Shown here piece after piece: positions 27,248-38,308 of a DNA stretch of 64,000 bases. Position numbers and translations under genes: made by a program. The notes under the pieces were generated by a model. That model made no database searches. It was not told the origin of the DNA and was given only the letters and a program-made list of their open reading frames with translations. Source of the stretch: Octopus sinensis. Its lineage: Eukaryota. The stretch's first letter is position 1; every line of letters starts with the position of its first letter. The stretch is from positions 56,048,001-56,112,000 of the forward strand of contig NC_042999.1 in the NCBI RefSeq assembly GCF_006345805.1, read 5' to 3'.

Positions 27248-29936
27248 CTGCATGCTCTCAGGATCCACCGACTGAGATCTTGGGGATAGGAGATCACCTT
27301 GATTTGATCTAGGAGACATTCCTGGATGAACAGGATGCCTTAAAACTGATGCTGAAAATCTCATTTGCTCTGCTGCATTGGCAAAATTTCCTTTTTGTGA
27401 TGACTGTGGCATTGGACCAGGTGATAGCAATGGCTTTTGTCCATAAGGGCTGTCTGGACCTGAAAGTCCAGCTAAAGGACTATGAGCTGTTTTGAGAGCA
27501 GGTGTTATTGGTCTTGAGCCTGTTCCAGGAACAGAGAATGGATCTTGACTTGATTGGCTATTAGCATCAGAAGAAAAAGAATCCATTGAATGATTTGGTG
27601 ACGGATGAGATGATGTTGGTAAATTCTGCCAACTGCTGTAATGTGGGTGTTGGAGTTCATGAGGCGAATGTTGCTTAGATAACTGAGATTGCTGCTGAGC
27701 TAATGCCTGTTGTGCTATGACTTGCTGGGCCATAGCTTGCTTCTGGGCTTGGAGCTGCTGCTGCACAAGAACTTGTTGGTGGTGCTGAGGAGACATTCCA
27801 GAATGCTGCTGTGCCAAAACTTGCTGAGCAGCTAGTACCTGCTGCTGTTTCTGGTGTTGTACCAAAACTTGTTGCTGTAACAAACTTTGATGTTGCTGGG
27901 GAGTTAGCGGATGACCTTGTTGTTGTACAATTACCTGTTGCTGTTGCACTAAAGCTTGTTGTTGAGGACTCAGAGAAATTTGTTGAGTTAAAGCTTGTTG
28001 TTGGGCCATTGCTTTTTGCTGCTGAGCCATAGCTTGTTGTGCTAATGCAGCCTGTTGAGATATAACTTGATGTTGGTTTAGAGGTGACAACTGTTGTTGC
28101 TGCTGCTGTTGTTGTTGTTGTTGCTGTTGTTGTTGAACCAAAGCTTGCTGTTGTGCAATGGCTTGTCTTTGCTGAGCAATTTTGGCAAATTCTTGTTGCT
28201 TTTGTAACAAAACTTGTTGAGTAAGATTTTGCTGCTGAGTTAAAGCTTGGTGTGTTGTCAATGACTGTTGTTGTGAGAGAGACTGTTGTTGAGTAAGTAA
28301 TTGCTGATGAGCTAAGACTTGTTGAGGGTTGCTCAAAGCTTGCTTTTGCTGATGGACAATAGCCTGCTGTTGTTGTTGTGCTAAAGCATGCTGTTGAGCT
28401 AGAACCTGCTGTTTTTGCTGTTGTTGAACTAAAGCTTGTTTCTGCAACTTTTGCTGAGCTATTGACTGTGACTGTTGCTGTTGAACTAAAGCTTGCTGAT
28501 GGGATGCAGCTTGAGCTAGTGCTTGTTGGTGTTGTTCTAATGCTTGCTGTTGCTGCTTCTGTACCATTGTTTGCTCCTGTTGTTGGCTTAAAGTTTGTTG
28601 TTGTTGTGACAGGCTTTGCTGATGAGCCAAACTTTGTTGTTGCTCTAAGCTTTGATGTTGATGCTGCTGTGACAGGGGTTGCTGCTGTTGCTGTTGTTGT
28701 TGCTGTTGTACCAAATTTTGTTGCTGCTGTTGATGCTGTTGTGCCAAACTTTGCTGCTGTTGTTGGGCTAAATTTTGCTGCTGTTGTGCTAAACTTTGCT
28801 GCTGCAACAAAGCCTGCTGCTGTTGCACAAGAACTTGCTGCTGTTGCTGTTGTGTTAAACTCTGATGTTGTTGAGCTAAAGCTTGCTGTTGCTTTTGTTG
28901 GTGTTGAGCAATAGCTTGTTGTTGGGATAAAGCCTGCTGCTGCGCAAATGCTTGTTGCTGTTGTTTTGTCAAAGATTGTTGTCGTTGCTGAGTCAATGCT
29001 TGTTGATGATCTTCTTCTAATACTTGTTTATCTTTTGCTAATTGCTTATCTAACAATTGCATCTGATCTTGTGACTGCTGTACTGACAACTGCTGCTGCA
29101 AATTCTGCGTCTGCTGTGGTTGTTCATCTTTAATTAATTTTTGTTGTTGATCTTGTGAATGTACTGTATTAGATTCTTGGTTTGCTTGTTGTTCTTGGAT
29201 TGATTGCTGATTTTGTACCTGATTCAATGCTTGTTGTTGTAAAATTGCTTGCTGTTGTGATAAAGCTTGCTGTTGTTGAAGAAGGGCTAATTGTTGTTGA
29301 GGGTTTCCAGATTGCTGTATTTGTTTCAACTGAGCTAAAATTTGCTTCTGTTGTTTCATTAACTGCTGTTGTTGTAACTGAGCGTTTATAGGTAAGGAAT
29401 GTTGTTGTTGTTGTTGCTGTTGCTGTTGTTGTGTTGTTGTTGTTGTTGTTGTTGCTGTTGTTGTTGTTGTTGTTGGGAAAGTGCTTGAGTCAAGGCTGAA
29501 GTTTGAGATGATTTTAGTTGCTGTTGAATTAACCCTTGCTGTTGCGGTAATAAACCTTGTTGCTTTAGTTGTAAAAGAGCTTGGTGGCTTAATTGGTGAG
29601 AAATGGTTTGTTGTTGGCGCTGAGGGAAGTCTTGATGAGCTAATGGCTGCTGTGTAGCAAATCCTTCTGATGGTTTTTGTGCAGCAGACAAATAACTGGT
29701 TTGGTCTTTGTCATCATTTTGAGGACTTACCAATTCAGTGGATTGATTTGCTTTTATTGTATTCAAAAGTTGATTTTCTGATGAAGTGAGATTTAACTTG
29801 TTCTGGTTACTAAGAGGAGTAGAACTGATCACAGTTCCTTGATCACTTGAAATGCCATGTGTAGGGTGTTGTGTTTGGGTTGAGCCACTGAATGAAGGAA
29901 TTTGATTTTCCGCAAGTGGAGATGTATTTTTCGGAC
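27248..29936 (-). CDS. KMT2C: Giant glutamine-rich exon of KMT2C/D (2689 nt as assembled; 1-nt frameshift near 29432)
   Basis: Acceptor ttcatcttctag|GT (phase 1, joins ...QHQN+S-PKNTSPLAENQ); ORF 29386-29832 then ORF 27218-29359; donor CAG|gtagga at 27248 (phase 0). Restoring 1 nt gives 2+896x3 nt. Confidence 0.9.
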
Positions 29937-30130
29937 CTAGAAGATGAAAAATTACTTAGGTTACTTTAAGGCAAAGCATTTAAAATCTTAATTTTTAAAA
30001 ATTTCCCTTAAATTTTCTTCAACTGTGAAGTTTAATTCTATAATAATAAATAAAATGACATGTATCAAATGCATGAAAATACATTTTTGGTAGTATATAC
30101 AAACTTGTATGTATGTGTGTGTGTATATAT

Positions 30131-30515
30131 ATGGAAGCACTCCGTCGGTTACGACGACGAGGGTTCCGGTTGATCCGAATCAACGGAACAGCCTGTTCGT
30201 GAAATTAACGTGTAAATGGCTGAGCACTCCACAGACACGTGTACCTTTAACGTAGTTCTCGGGGATATTCAGCGTGACACAGAGAGTGACAAGGCCGGCC
30301 CTTTGAAATACAGGTACAACAGAAACAGGAAGTAAGAGTGAGAGAAAGTTGGGGTGAAAGAGTACAGCAGGGATCACCACCATCCCCTGCCGGAGCCTCG
30401 TGGAGCTTTAGGTGTTTTCGCTCAATAAACACTCACAACGCCCGGTCTGGGAATCGAAACCGCGATCCTATGACCGCGAGTCCGCTACCCTAACCACTGG
30501 GCCATTGCGCCTCCA
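30131..30515 (-). mobile_element. Full-length tRNA-derived SINE with pol III A and B boxes
   Basis: Minus strand begins TGGAGGCGCAATGGCCCAGTGGTTAGGG...GGTTTCGATTCCCAGACCGGGCG (A box TGGCCCAGTGG, B box GGTTTCGATTCC). A diverged copy lies at 61325-61580. Resembles recalled octopus tRNA-SINEs. Confidence 0.85.
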
Positions 30516-30516
30516 C

Positions 30517-30577
<61 letters not shown>

Positions 30578-30586
30578 CACACATTA

Positions 30587-30716
30587 CATCATCATCATCG
30601 TTTAACGTCCGTTTTCCATGCTAGCATGGGTTGGACGGTTCAACTGGGGTCTGGGAAGCCAGGAGGCTGCGCCAGGCCCAGTCTGATCTGGCAGTGTTTC
30701 TACAGCTGGATGCCCA
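30587..30716 (-). mobile_element. RTE LINE 3'-UTR / SINE tail with (ATG)n end
   Basis: CATCATCATCGTTTAACGTCCGTTTTCCATGCTAGCATGGGTTGGAC...CTACAGCTGGATGCCC is the reverse complement of the 3' part of 33701-33993. Confidence 0.8.
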
Positions 30717-30940
30717 AAACTATTTTCTTGTTCCTGTTTAACCACCAAATCAGCTGTAATCAAACTTGAGGTCATCGTTGCTCCAACCATGACACAGTCA
30801 GCTTTTGCAATTGTAGCTTCTCTAGAACAATGTACCTAGGTGTGGTTGATATTTCTAAAAGTTTGAGTAATCAGATAGAAGCTCCTTTGTTGGTTTGGCT
30901 GTCCCCTTATTTTTATACAAACACGTCTGCGTTTACACAC

Positions 30941-31101
30941 AAGCATGGCTGTGCATTTACGAAGCTTGTTTTGATACCATTTGGTCTTAGATTCAATCCC
31001 ATTGTGTGACACCATAGATAAGTGTATACTCTAGTCCAAAGCCAACCAAAGCTCTGTGAGTGGATTTGGTAGACAGAAACTGGAAGAAGCCTTCATGTTT
31101 G
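30941..31101 (+). mobile_element. Degenerate tRNA-derived SINE
   Basis: GCATGGCTGTG head...GTGAGTGGATTTGGTAGACAGAAACTGGAAGAAGCC tail. Confidence 0.6.
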
Positions 31102-31584
31102 TTTGTTTGTTTTTGTGTGTGTGTGTACCAGTGAAAATCAAAAGAAAAAGGAATAAAAGTGCTATTATTAAAGGCTACTAAATGTGGAAAAAAAAAAGTG
31201 GGGGGATAAATCTTCCTATTGTGAACTTGACAGAGTGGCTAACTATTACAATTGACAGCAACATGATAGACAAACCAATTAAAGATGTGAAGACAAAGAA
31301 AGCTTCTGATCTCTCAGGAATTACTACTGAAATATTTAAAGTAAGATGCAGCATATCTGACAACATTGAGAAGACTTCATATTCTGAAAAAACTATTTAA
31401 CTATACATTCATTTATTCTTTTACTGGGCTGTGCCAATGCCATTAAGTGATTTACTCATTTATAATGATCTCAGTATTTATTGGGTAGTCATCTATCTGA
31501 TAAAAACGCAAGTTACCCCCCTTTAGTGACATCATGGGAGGTGTATATGTGTGCAGGTGCATGAACATGTGCAAGTGATCTTAA

Positions 31585-31730
31585 GCATAGATTCCACCTA
31601 CCAAATTCCACCCACAAGACATTAGCCAATCTAAGGCTTTGGTGAAAGACAATTACCAAGGTTCTGCACAGTGGAACTGAACCAAAAACCATATGGCTTT
31701 ATAGTAAACTTCTGCTTGAGTCAGAGTAGA
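31585..31730 (-). mobile_element. Degenerate SINE, inverted relative to 30941-31101
   Basis: CTACCAAATTCCACCCACAAG...AAGACAATTACCAAGG...GTGGAACTGAACC is the reverse complement of the same family. Confidence 0.55.
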
Positions 31731-31757
31731 GAGATAGGCTAAAACATGTTAACTTAC

Positions 31758-32076
31758 TATTTTGATGTTGAAATGACTGCTGTAAATGTTCCAGGCGGTT
31801 CACTGGAGTCTGAGGTGATGGACTTTGTTGTGGTGAGACTGGTTGTGGAGAAGGAAGAGTAGAAGATGGTGATGGAATTGAGGCATAATGTGTTAATGGT
31901 TGGTTTCCTATTTCATGTTCAGCTGATGTTCCTGGATGATTAGGTGATGACAGGCCTGTCAAACAACCTGGATGTGTTGGAGGTGGTGGTGGAGGAGGTG
32001 GTGGCATCATAGCTGCTGCAGCTGCAGCCTGTTGAGCAGCCACTTGACGGGCTTCCATCTGTTTTCGTTTTATTTC
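31758..32076 (-). CDS. KMT2C: KMT2C/D exon (319 nt, phase 0-1): EIKRKQMEARQVAAQQAAAAAAMMPPPPPPPPP...QSFQHQN
   Basis: Acceptor tattattaccag| and donor A|gtaagt; lies within ORF 31699-32097; phases match both neighbours. Confidence 0.9.
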
Positions 32077-33098
32077 CTGGTAATAATAAATGAACATTAT
32101 ATCATTAATTAGTAATTAGAGGAGATTCCTGTAATAAATTTGCACAAAGCATAAAAAAATAGCCATTCTTGATTTAGGTCTTAATGATGTGATTTTGGCA
32201 ATTCATCAGGAGAAAAATGTCAAAATGCTTCAAAAAGTTATATAATCAGGAAAATAAGAAAATCAAATTGTCTATTTCAAAAGAAAAAGAAAAAAAAATT
32301 AGTTCAAGCCACCTTTATCATGTGAATTTCATCACTATTCAATGGATAACACATTCATATTTTACCATTCTTCAAAAACAACTTAATATTATGAGAAGCT
32401 ATGTAAAAATCAAAATAACACTCACTCCCAACCAACACAGACATTTGGTCAACATAAAAGCTATTCAGAAATTGTGAACATAAGATGATGTTCTTGAAGA
32501 CTTTTATAGAAAGTTGTACTTTTTTGTAAATCTGATTATGCAATTCTGAGGATATTATTTTAGATCAGTTACATCTGAGAACCGGTTTCTAAACACTTAC
32601 TTCGTTCCTTACCAGAAGAGGTCATGTGACAACTAAAATGGCAATATTCTCCAATAATGAATTATTGCATGCATTAGTAAAATGAAGACATTTCCAACAT
32701 TTGGTGGGGGGGGGGGGAGCTTAAATGAAACTACTAAGTAGCAATCAGGAATTAAGCCTTATTTTCAAGCAAAAGAAAGTATCACTAAAATTAGTAAGTA
32801 CTATATACTAAAATTGTGAACCAAAAGTTACAAGTAAAATGGGTTTTCAATTGGTCATTATTTGAAATTTTCACAGGAACTAAATAAATAAACCAATAAA
32901 AAAAAGTTTTATAAGAGAGGTTACAATTGAGATACTTTATATTTGGGACTTAAGGGGATTAATATAAATAATTTGTGAAGTTTGCAACTATAAACATATT
33001 TTACCTAAAAACATCTTAATGTGATTAAAAATTACAGAGAAATTATTGCTTCTAGAAGTAATTTTAAAACATCATTAAAATATATTTTAAATGCTTAC

Positions 33099-33149
33099 TC
33101 TGTGTTCTCTTTGAATTTTGCTGCTTGCCCTATTCTTTCGTGCTCTTAG
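33099..33149 (-). CDS. KMT2C: KMT2C/D exon (51 nt), end of HMG box: LRARKNRASSKIQREHR
   Basis: Acceptor gtctttttag| and donor |gtaagc; corresponds to recalled human KMT2C QKARDNRAA. Confidence 0.9.
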
Positions 33150-33481
33150 CTAAAAAGACACAAAAGCAAGTTTCAATAAACAGACATACACACAGTCTAT
33201 GACATATACAGTATAAAACAAGATTACAATTTATAAATAATCAACTTGTATAGCATAGGTACATTAGAAGGAGGGAAGAAAGATGGAAAATTGGGATTCA
33301 AATGATTATTATCTACCTTCAAATCTTTCCACTCTTACAAAATATTATACACTCAAGCAATTTTGAAGACCAACATGACATTGAATGTCCTTCTAAGTTT
33401 TTAAGAATTTCTCTGAAATATTAAATCACTTGGTGCATTTACTGCAGAATAAACTAAATTCCTGGCAAGCTAATTCCTCAA

Positions 33482-33536
<55 letters not shown>

Positions 33537-33602
33537 TATTCATATAGCACTAGGAGAGAAGACAAAGGGACATAATAAACTAGCAAAAAAAATTACTGGA
33601 TA

Positions 33603-33661
33603 ATTCCAGATCCCGGATTTCTAGCTTTGCATAAGAGATACTCTGCCTTCATCAGTGGAAT
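33603..33661 (-). ncRNA. Candidate type I hammerhead ribozyme (Penelope-like minimal type)
   Basis: ATTCCA-CTGATGA-[AGGC...GCTA]-GAAA-TCCGGGA-TC-TGGAAT: 6-bp stem I, complete core, 3-bp near-palindromic stem III and an AUC cleavage triplet. The base of stem II is an A.A mismatch. Confidence 0.6.
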
Positions 33662-33700
33662 ATACTCAGATGGCACATAAATACAAATATATATATATGT

Positions 33701-33993
33701 GGAAGAGGCAGACCCAGGAAAACCTGGGATGAGGTGGTGAAGCATGACCTTCGAACTTTAGGTCTCACCGAGGAAATGACTAGAGAGTGAGACCTTTGGA
33801 AGTATGCTGTGCGTGAGAAGACCCGGCAGGACAAGTGAGCACCCACTACAATCTCAGAGTGATTGGCATTAGGAAGGGTATCTAGCTGTAGAAACTTTGC
33901 CAGATCAGATTGAGCCTGGTGCAGCCTCTGGCTTACCAGTCTTCAGTCAAACTGTCCAACTCATGCCAGCATGGAAAGAGGACATTAAACGGT
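33701..33993 (+). mobile_element. 5'-truncated RTE LINE 3' end
   Basis: GRGRPRKTWDEVVKHDLRTLGLTEEMTRE*DLWKYAVREKTRQDK*, then 3'-UTR and GATGATGATG tail. Confidence 0.85.
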
Positions 33994-34429
33994 GATGATG
34001 ATGTATATATAAATTTTAAATATGTTTGTGGCATACTTCTGAAGAAAAATTTACTGCAGTGTTCCTCATTACTGCTTAGCATTGTTATTTCTGTATTTAT
34101 TCTGACCAGGTAGTCAACGAGTGCAACTCAATTACTTGTATTGACCATACTAAGATAAAACTGCAGCTTTGTAATCTGCTCAGGGTTACTTCTCTTCAGT
34201 ATCTCTTATTAAGGGAGGCTAAGAAGCTAGAAATGCATCTTTGAGTGTGCATCTTGGAGTGAGAGGCAGACACTGGGTGGATAAAGTGTATTTAAATTTT
34301 TTACCATAAGTGATCATTCTTTCTCCATAGTAACTGCAGTGAATTTGCCTTTAAAGGATTTTAACTAACATAAGTTCGTTTGTTCCTCACCACTGCTTAG
34401 TACTGCTATTCCCCACACACACACACACA

Positions 34430-34605
34430 CCACACACAAACAGGCTTCTGTACAATTTCTGCCTACCAAATTTCACTCACAAAACATTGATAAACCGGAG
34501 ATTAGATTGAAAGAAACTTAGCCAAGGTGCCTCACAATGAGATCAAACCCAAAACTACATGGTTGCAAAGCTAACTTCTTAACCAACAGCCATATCCAAC
34601 ACTAT
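34430..34605 (-). mobile_element. Degenerate tRNA-derived SINE
   Basis: Same family as 20586 and 30941, in reverse (ends CTTCTTAACCAACAGCCAT). Confidence 0.6.
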
Positions 34606-34908
34606 GTAAAATTTCAAAATAACCTTCCATTTTCATCTTCCTTTCAGGACTCTCCAACACTTGTCTACATTAGTTTTTCATTATCAAATAATAATGGAAG
34701 AACTTGAACTTAGTGTATAAATGTATACTTTCTGTGAATGTCCAACTGCTTTAAGAATATCAAAACAGCATGCTAAGTTTCAACAAGAGTAAGTTTTGGG
34801 ATCACATTTTGCCATATGATAGATTACAACTCTTGCTTATTGGTTAAAAAATGATTTTAATATTTGTTCTGTTTGTTATTTTATAATGTAAAGAAATGAG
34901 ATATTTAC

Positions 34909-34982
34909 CAAATAAGGAGATTTTTCAATGGGTGTTAATTTCTTCCAGATTTTGTTAATTTGCTTTACTCTTTCTGTCCATT
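34909..34982 (-). CDS. KMT2C: KMT2C/D exon (74 nt, phase 1-0), HMG box: (E)WTERVKQINKIWKKLTPIEKSPYL
   Basis: Acceptor cttctttttttaaag| and donor |gtaaat; matches recalled KMT2C DWTTRVKQIAKLWRKASSQERAPYV. Confidence 0.95.
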
Positions 34983-36353
34983 CTTTAAAAAAAGAAGTAA
35001 ATAAACAGGAATTGTATTATTTCAAAGCATTATTTTGTGCTGTAAAAATTGTAATTACAAATATATAACTGAGGAACTGCAGCAAGTAGCTTATTCTAAT
35101 GGAAATATTAGTAAAATGTAACACTCGGGAAATAAAAACAATGTATTCCCCACAAACCAAATAATACTGAAATCCCACAATGTTAAAAATTATACAATAG
35201 ATAAAAATAATTAAATACAATAATTAAATGATAATGGTAGTCACAAAATCATCAGCTACAAAACTTTGGAGAAAAAAAATCACATGAACCAGGACTTCAT
35301 ATACAAATTCATTTCAGTCAATATTATTGAATATATAATCTCACTTCTATCCAACTTTCAAAACATAATAAGTATTAAATAAAAACTTCAACATATTTAT
35401 GTATTCTTTATTTACTAATATCTACTTTCATAAGCTATTTATTTAAATTGACTCTTCAATATATAACTTCCTAAATCTCTCTCTCTCTCTCAGCCTTCCT
35501 TCCTCCTTAATTCTTCATGGAATTTTCTAAATGGAATCTATTTTTCCCTCCTATGTTCTCAAGTTGGCTACATATCTTTTGTACCATCTCTCTAAATTAA
35601 CACTTGCTTGTTCACTCCAGGTTTCATGTTGGCTAAATATTTTTCGTATTTTTTGTACTATTTATTTATTTCTTCCCACTCACTATTGCTCTTCGTGCTA
35701 TTTTTCTGCTATTATCATTGCTATTGTCTCTGGCCCAGGAAGTAAGAAAGCATCTGGTCATAGCATAGCTATAAAACACTTTACTCACATAATTCCTCCC
35801 TGTTTTTCATGCAATCTCAAATTGTTCTCGGACGCCCAGTTATGCATTGCTAAGATATTCTCTCGTCTTTTGATCTTTTTACTCATCCATTTGCTATTAA
35901 CACTTCTAATATGAATTGTCATTTACGTTTATTTATTTATTTATTTACTGATATCTACTTTCATAAGCTACATATTTTTTGTATCATCTATCTAAATTAA
36001 CCCTCGCTTGTTTGCGGTGCACCCGCCCATTCCCACTCACCCCCACCAATACCAGATACCTGTTCTCCCGCCACCAACACTGGACATCTCTCTCTTCTCT
36101 CATCAGAAACCCTCTCCCTCACTGGTGGTATCCTCTATCAAAGCTGCAATCTCCTCTCCATCTTTCTCCCTCTCCCAGGACAAATGCTGCCCACCTACTT
36201 AATTGGCTAGCAACCAAATACACAAGCATAAGCATAAAGAATGAATAATGAGAGATGATCCTGAAATAACAGAGTGAATTTAAGCACTTGAAGAGAATCA
36301 TTAAAATTTTTGAACAAAAGCAAGTAATATTAGAACCAAAGAATAAAACTCAC

Positions 36354-36568
36354 CTGGGATTTGAGATTTTAATTCTGGATAGTTTACATTTGCATACAAA
36401 ACTGGAGATATAGTGGCATTCTGCCCAAGAGCTTCATCAGTTTCCCATTTCAATATATTTCGACGGCTAGAACCCTCTGGTTGATCATCATCTATTACAC
36501 CAGACCAAGGAGCAGGACTAGCTGGTGCTTCATAATGTGTAACAGGTTGAGGCGTAGCTTGAGATACA
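36354..36568 (-). CDS. KMT2C: KMT2C/D exon (215 nt, phase 2-1), start of HMG box: ...SSRRNILKWETDEALGQNATISPVLYANVNYPELKSQIP
   Basis: Matches the recalled KMT2C/D signature LKWEKEEALGEMATVAPVLYTNINFPNLK; donor G|gtgagt. Confidence 0.95.
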
Positions 36569-36859
36569 CTGGATTTTTTTTTTAATCAAAAGAGAACAGC
36601 TTGTATTGAACATTAAAAGTTTCATTTTTAAAAAATCATGTATTTTAAATTCAAATTATTTGACTTAGTGTCAAAAAATATTCCTATCATTTTTATGTTC
36701 TTAATTTGCCAACCTAAGAAAATTCATTAAAACCTTTCATTACCAACCTGCATAAAGCCTTCTATGTTACAACTTGCTGTATTAACATATTCATATTTAA
36801 AAACCATTATTTTACAGCTACTTCTTTAACAACTACAGCCTTATTTCCACTACATCATA

Positions 36860-37400
36860 TTTTAACCCTTTCATTACTCACCTGGTCAAAAAACTTTTTG
36901 TTGGTATTACCAAACTGCCCAAAACCAGCCAAAATGACGAATTTATATTTTAATAAGAATTTCAGCACTAATCTTGTCAGTACATTAAATGAAAACACAT
37001 GGTTTCACAATGTAAACAATTGAGTTACACTTTCGGCCATTATTGTTCATATCTGAGTACTGCAAATTTTGGAAGAAATCCAACCCCACCCCACCCCATT
37101 GATCCTCGTTGGATGAAAGATGCATAACAGTATTATGTTGTCAAGCAGTGCATTTGAATTTGAAGTATTTTCGAAAGAAAACAGAAAAAGCCTAAGAAAA
37201 TATACAGTAAACATAAAAGCTACACGTGTGATTATGAATCAGATATTTCTTCTGATGAAAGTAATATGATTCTGACAACAGTTCCGATAGCAATAAAACA
37301 ATAAAAAGAGAATTTGCACCTAAATATATAAAGGATTCTCCTAAGTTATTCTTAGAGAGATATTAGACTTAGTTACAGTTTTCCCCCCAAAAAAACAAAA
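36860..37400 (+). mobile_element. Old degenerate piggyBac remnant
   Basis: TTAACCCTTTCATTAC left end, CCAAACTGCCCAAAACC subterminal box and an EFEVFS fragment paralleling EFEGFS of the 46240 element; right end not found. Confidence 0.5.
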
Positions 37401-37944
37401 CTGTTTTTTTTTTACTTTTTCTTTTGAATCGATTACTGTGAAAATGAAGTGTTACACAGAAAATAAGCAAAGAGGGAAAAAAATTTGAGGTTTGCCACAC
37501 ACTTGGAAGAAAGGAATTCAAGCACTTTTAGGAACAGTGAGTGAGTAAGTGAGTGTGTGTGTGTGTTTGACTTAGAAGTATTTTTTTTCAAATTGACCTC
37601 ATTCTTATTTTTTATTACCTGTAATTTAAATTTTCCTGCAAGATGCATGACAAAGTTAGATTTATTTGGATTGGGAATCATTATTATATGAGTTTTTGTG
37701 TATTTATTAACTCGCATGTATACAAAAATACACAGATACACTTATAATAATGTTTCCCAATCCAAATTAATCAAACTTTGTCATACACCCTACAGGATGT
37801 TTCTTTCATTTCCTAGTTTTCTTCAAAGAAAAATTCCAGTATTTCATTGTTTTTACCTTTATACTAGTCTTATATGCATTAAGTTCAAGAATCAACAACT
37901 TAATTTTGTAATAATCCTTTCTACTAAAGGCACAAAGCCTGAAA

Positions 37945-38130
37945 TTTGGGGGTAGGAGGCTAGTCAATTACATCGACCACAGTGCATAACTGGTACTTAT
38001 TACATCGACCCCGAAAGGATGAAAGGCAAAGTTGACCTCTGCAGAATTTGAACTAAGAGCGTCATGATGGATAAAATGCCGCTAAGCATTTTGCCTAGCA
38101 TGCTAACAATTCTGCCAGTTCACTGCCTTA
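37945..38130 (-). mobile_element. SINE of the 14070-14620 family
   Basis: TGGTACTTATT...TCGACCCCGAAAGGATGAAAGGCAAAGTTGACC...TTCTGCCAGTTCACTGCCTT is the reverse complement of the family consensus. Confidence 0.8.
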
Positions 38131-38308
38131 GTTAATTTCTGTAATAATGAAAACCCTATATATGATAATTTTTGTAATTCCTTAATTTATATTAAATTTT
38201 GTTTTCTAATTAACCTTGTAATAAACTGTTTAAAATAGGATACTACTTTCCATCTGATATAAATTCAACAGAATAACAATTTAATATTTTTAAAAATGTT
38301 CCACAAAC

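Noticed and set aside
27811-29391. Plus-strand Val/Ala/Leu-rich ORFs (27811-28032, 28378-28914, 28948-29133, 29182-29391)
   Set aside because: Antisense shadows of the CAA/CAG-rich exon, whose reverse complement lacks stops.
30440-30515. tRNA-like sequence with A and B boxes
   Set aside because: It continues into a SINE body with a second copy in the window, so it is a SINE head, not a tRNA gene.
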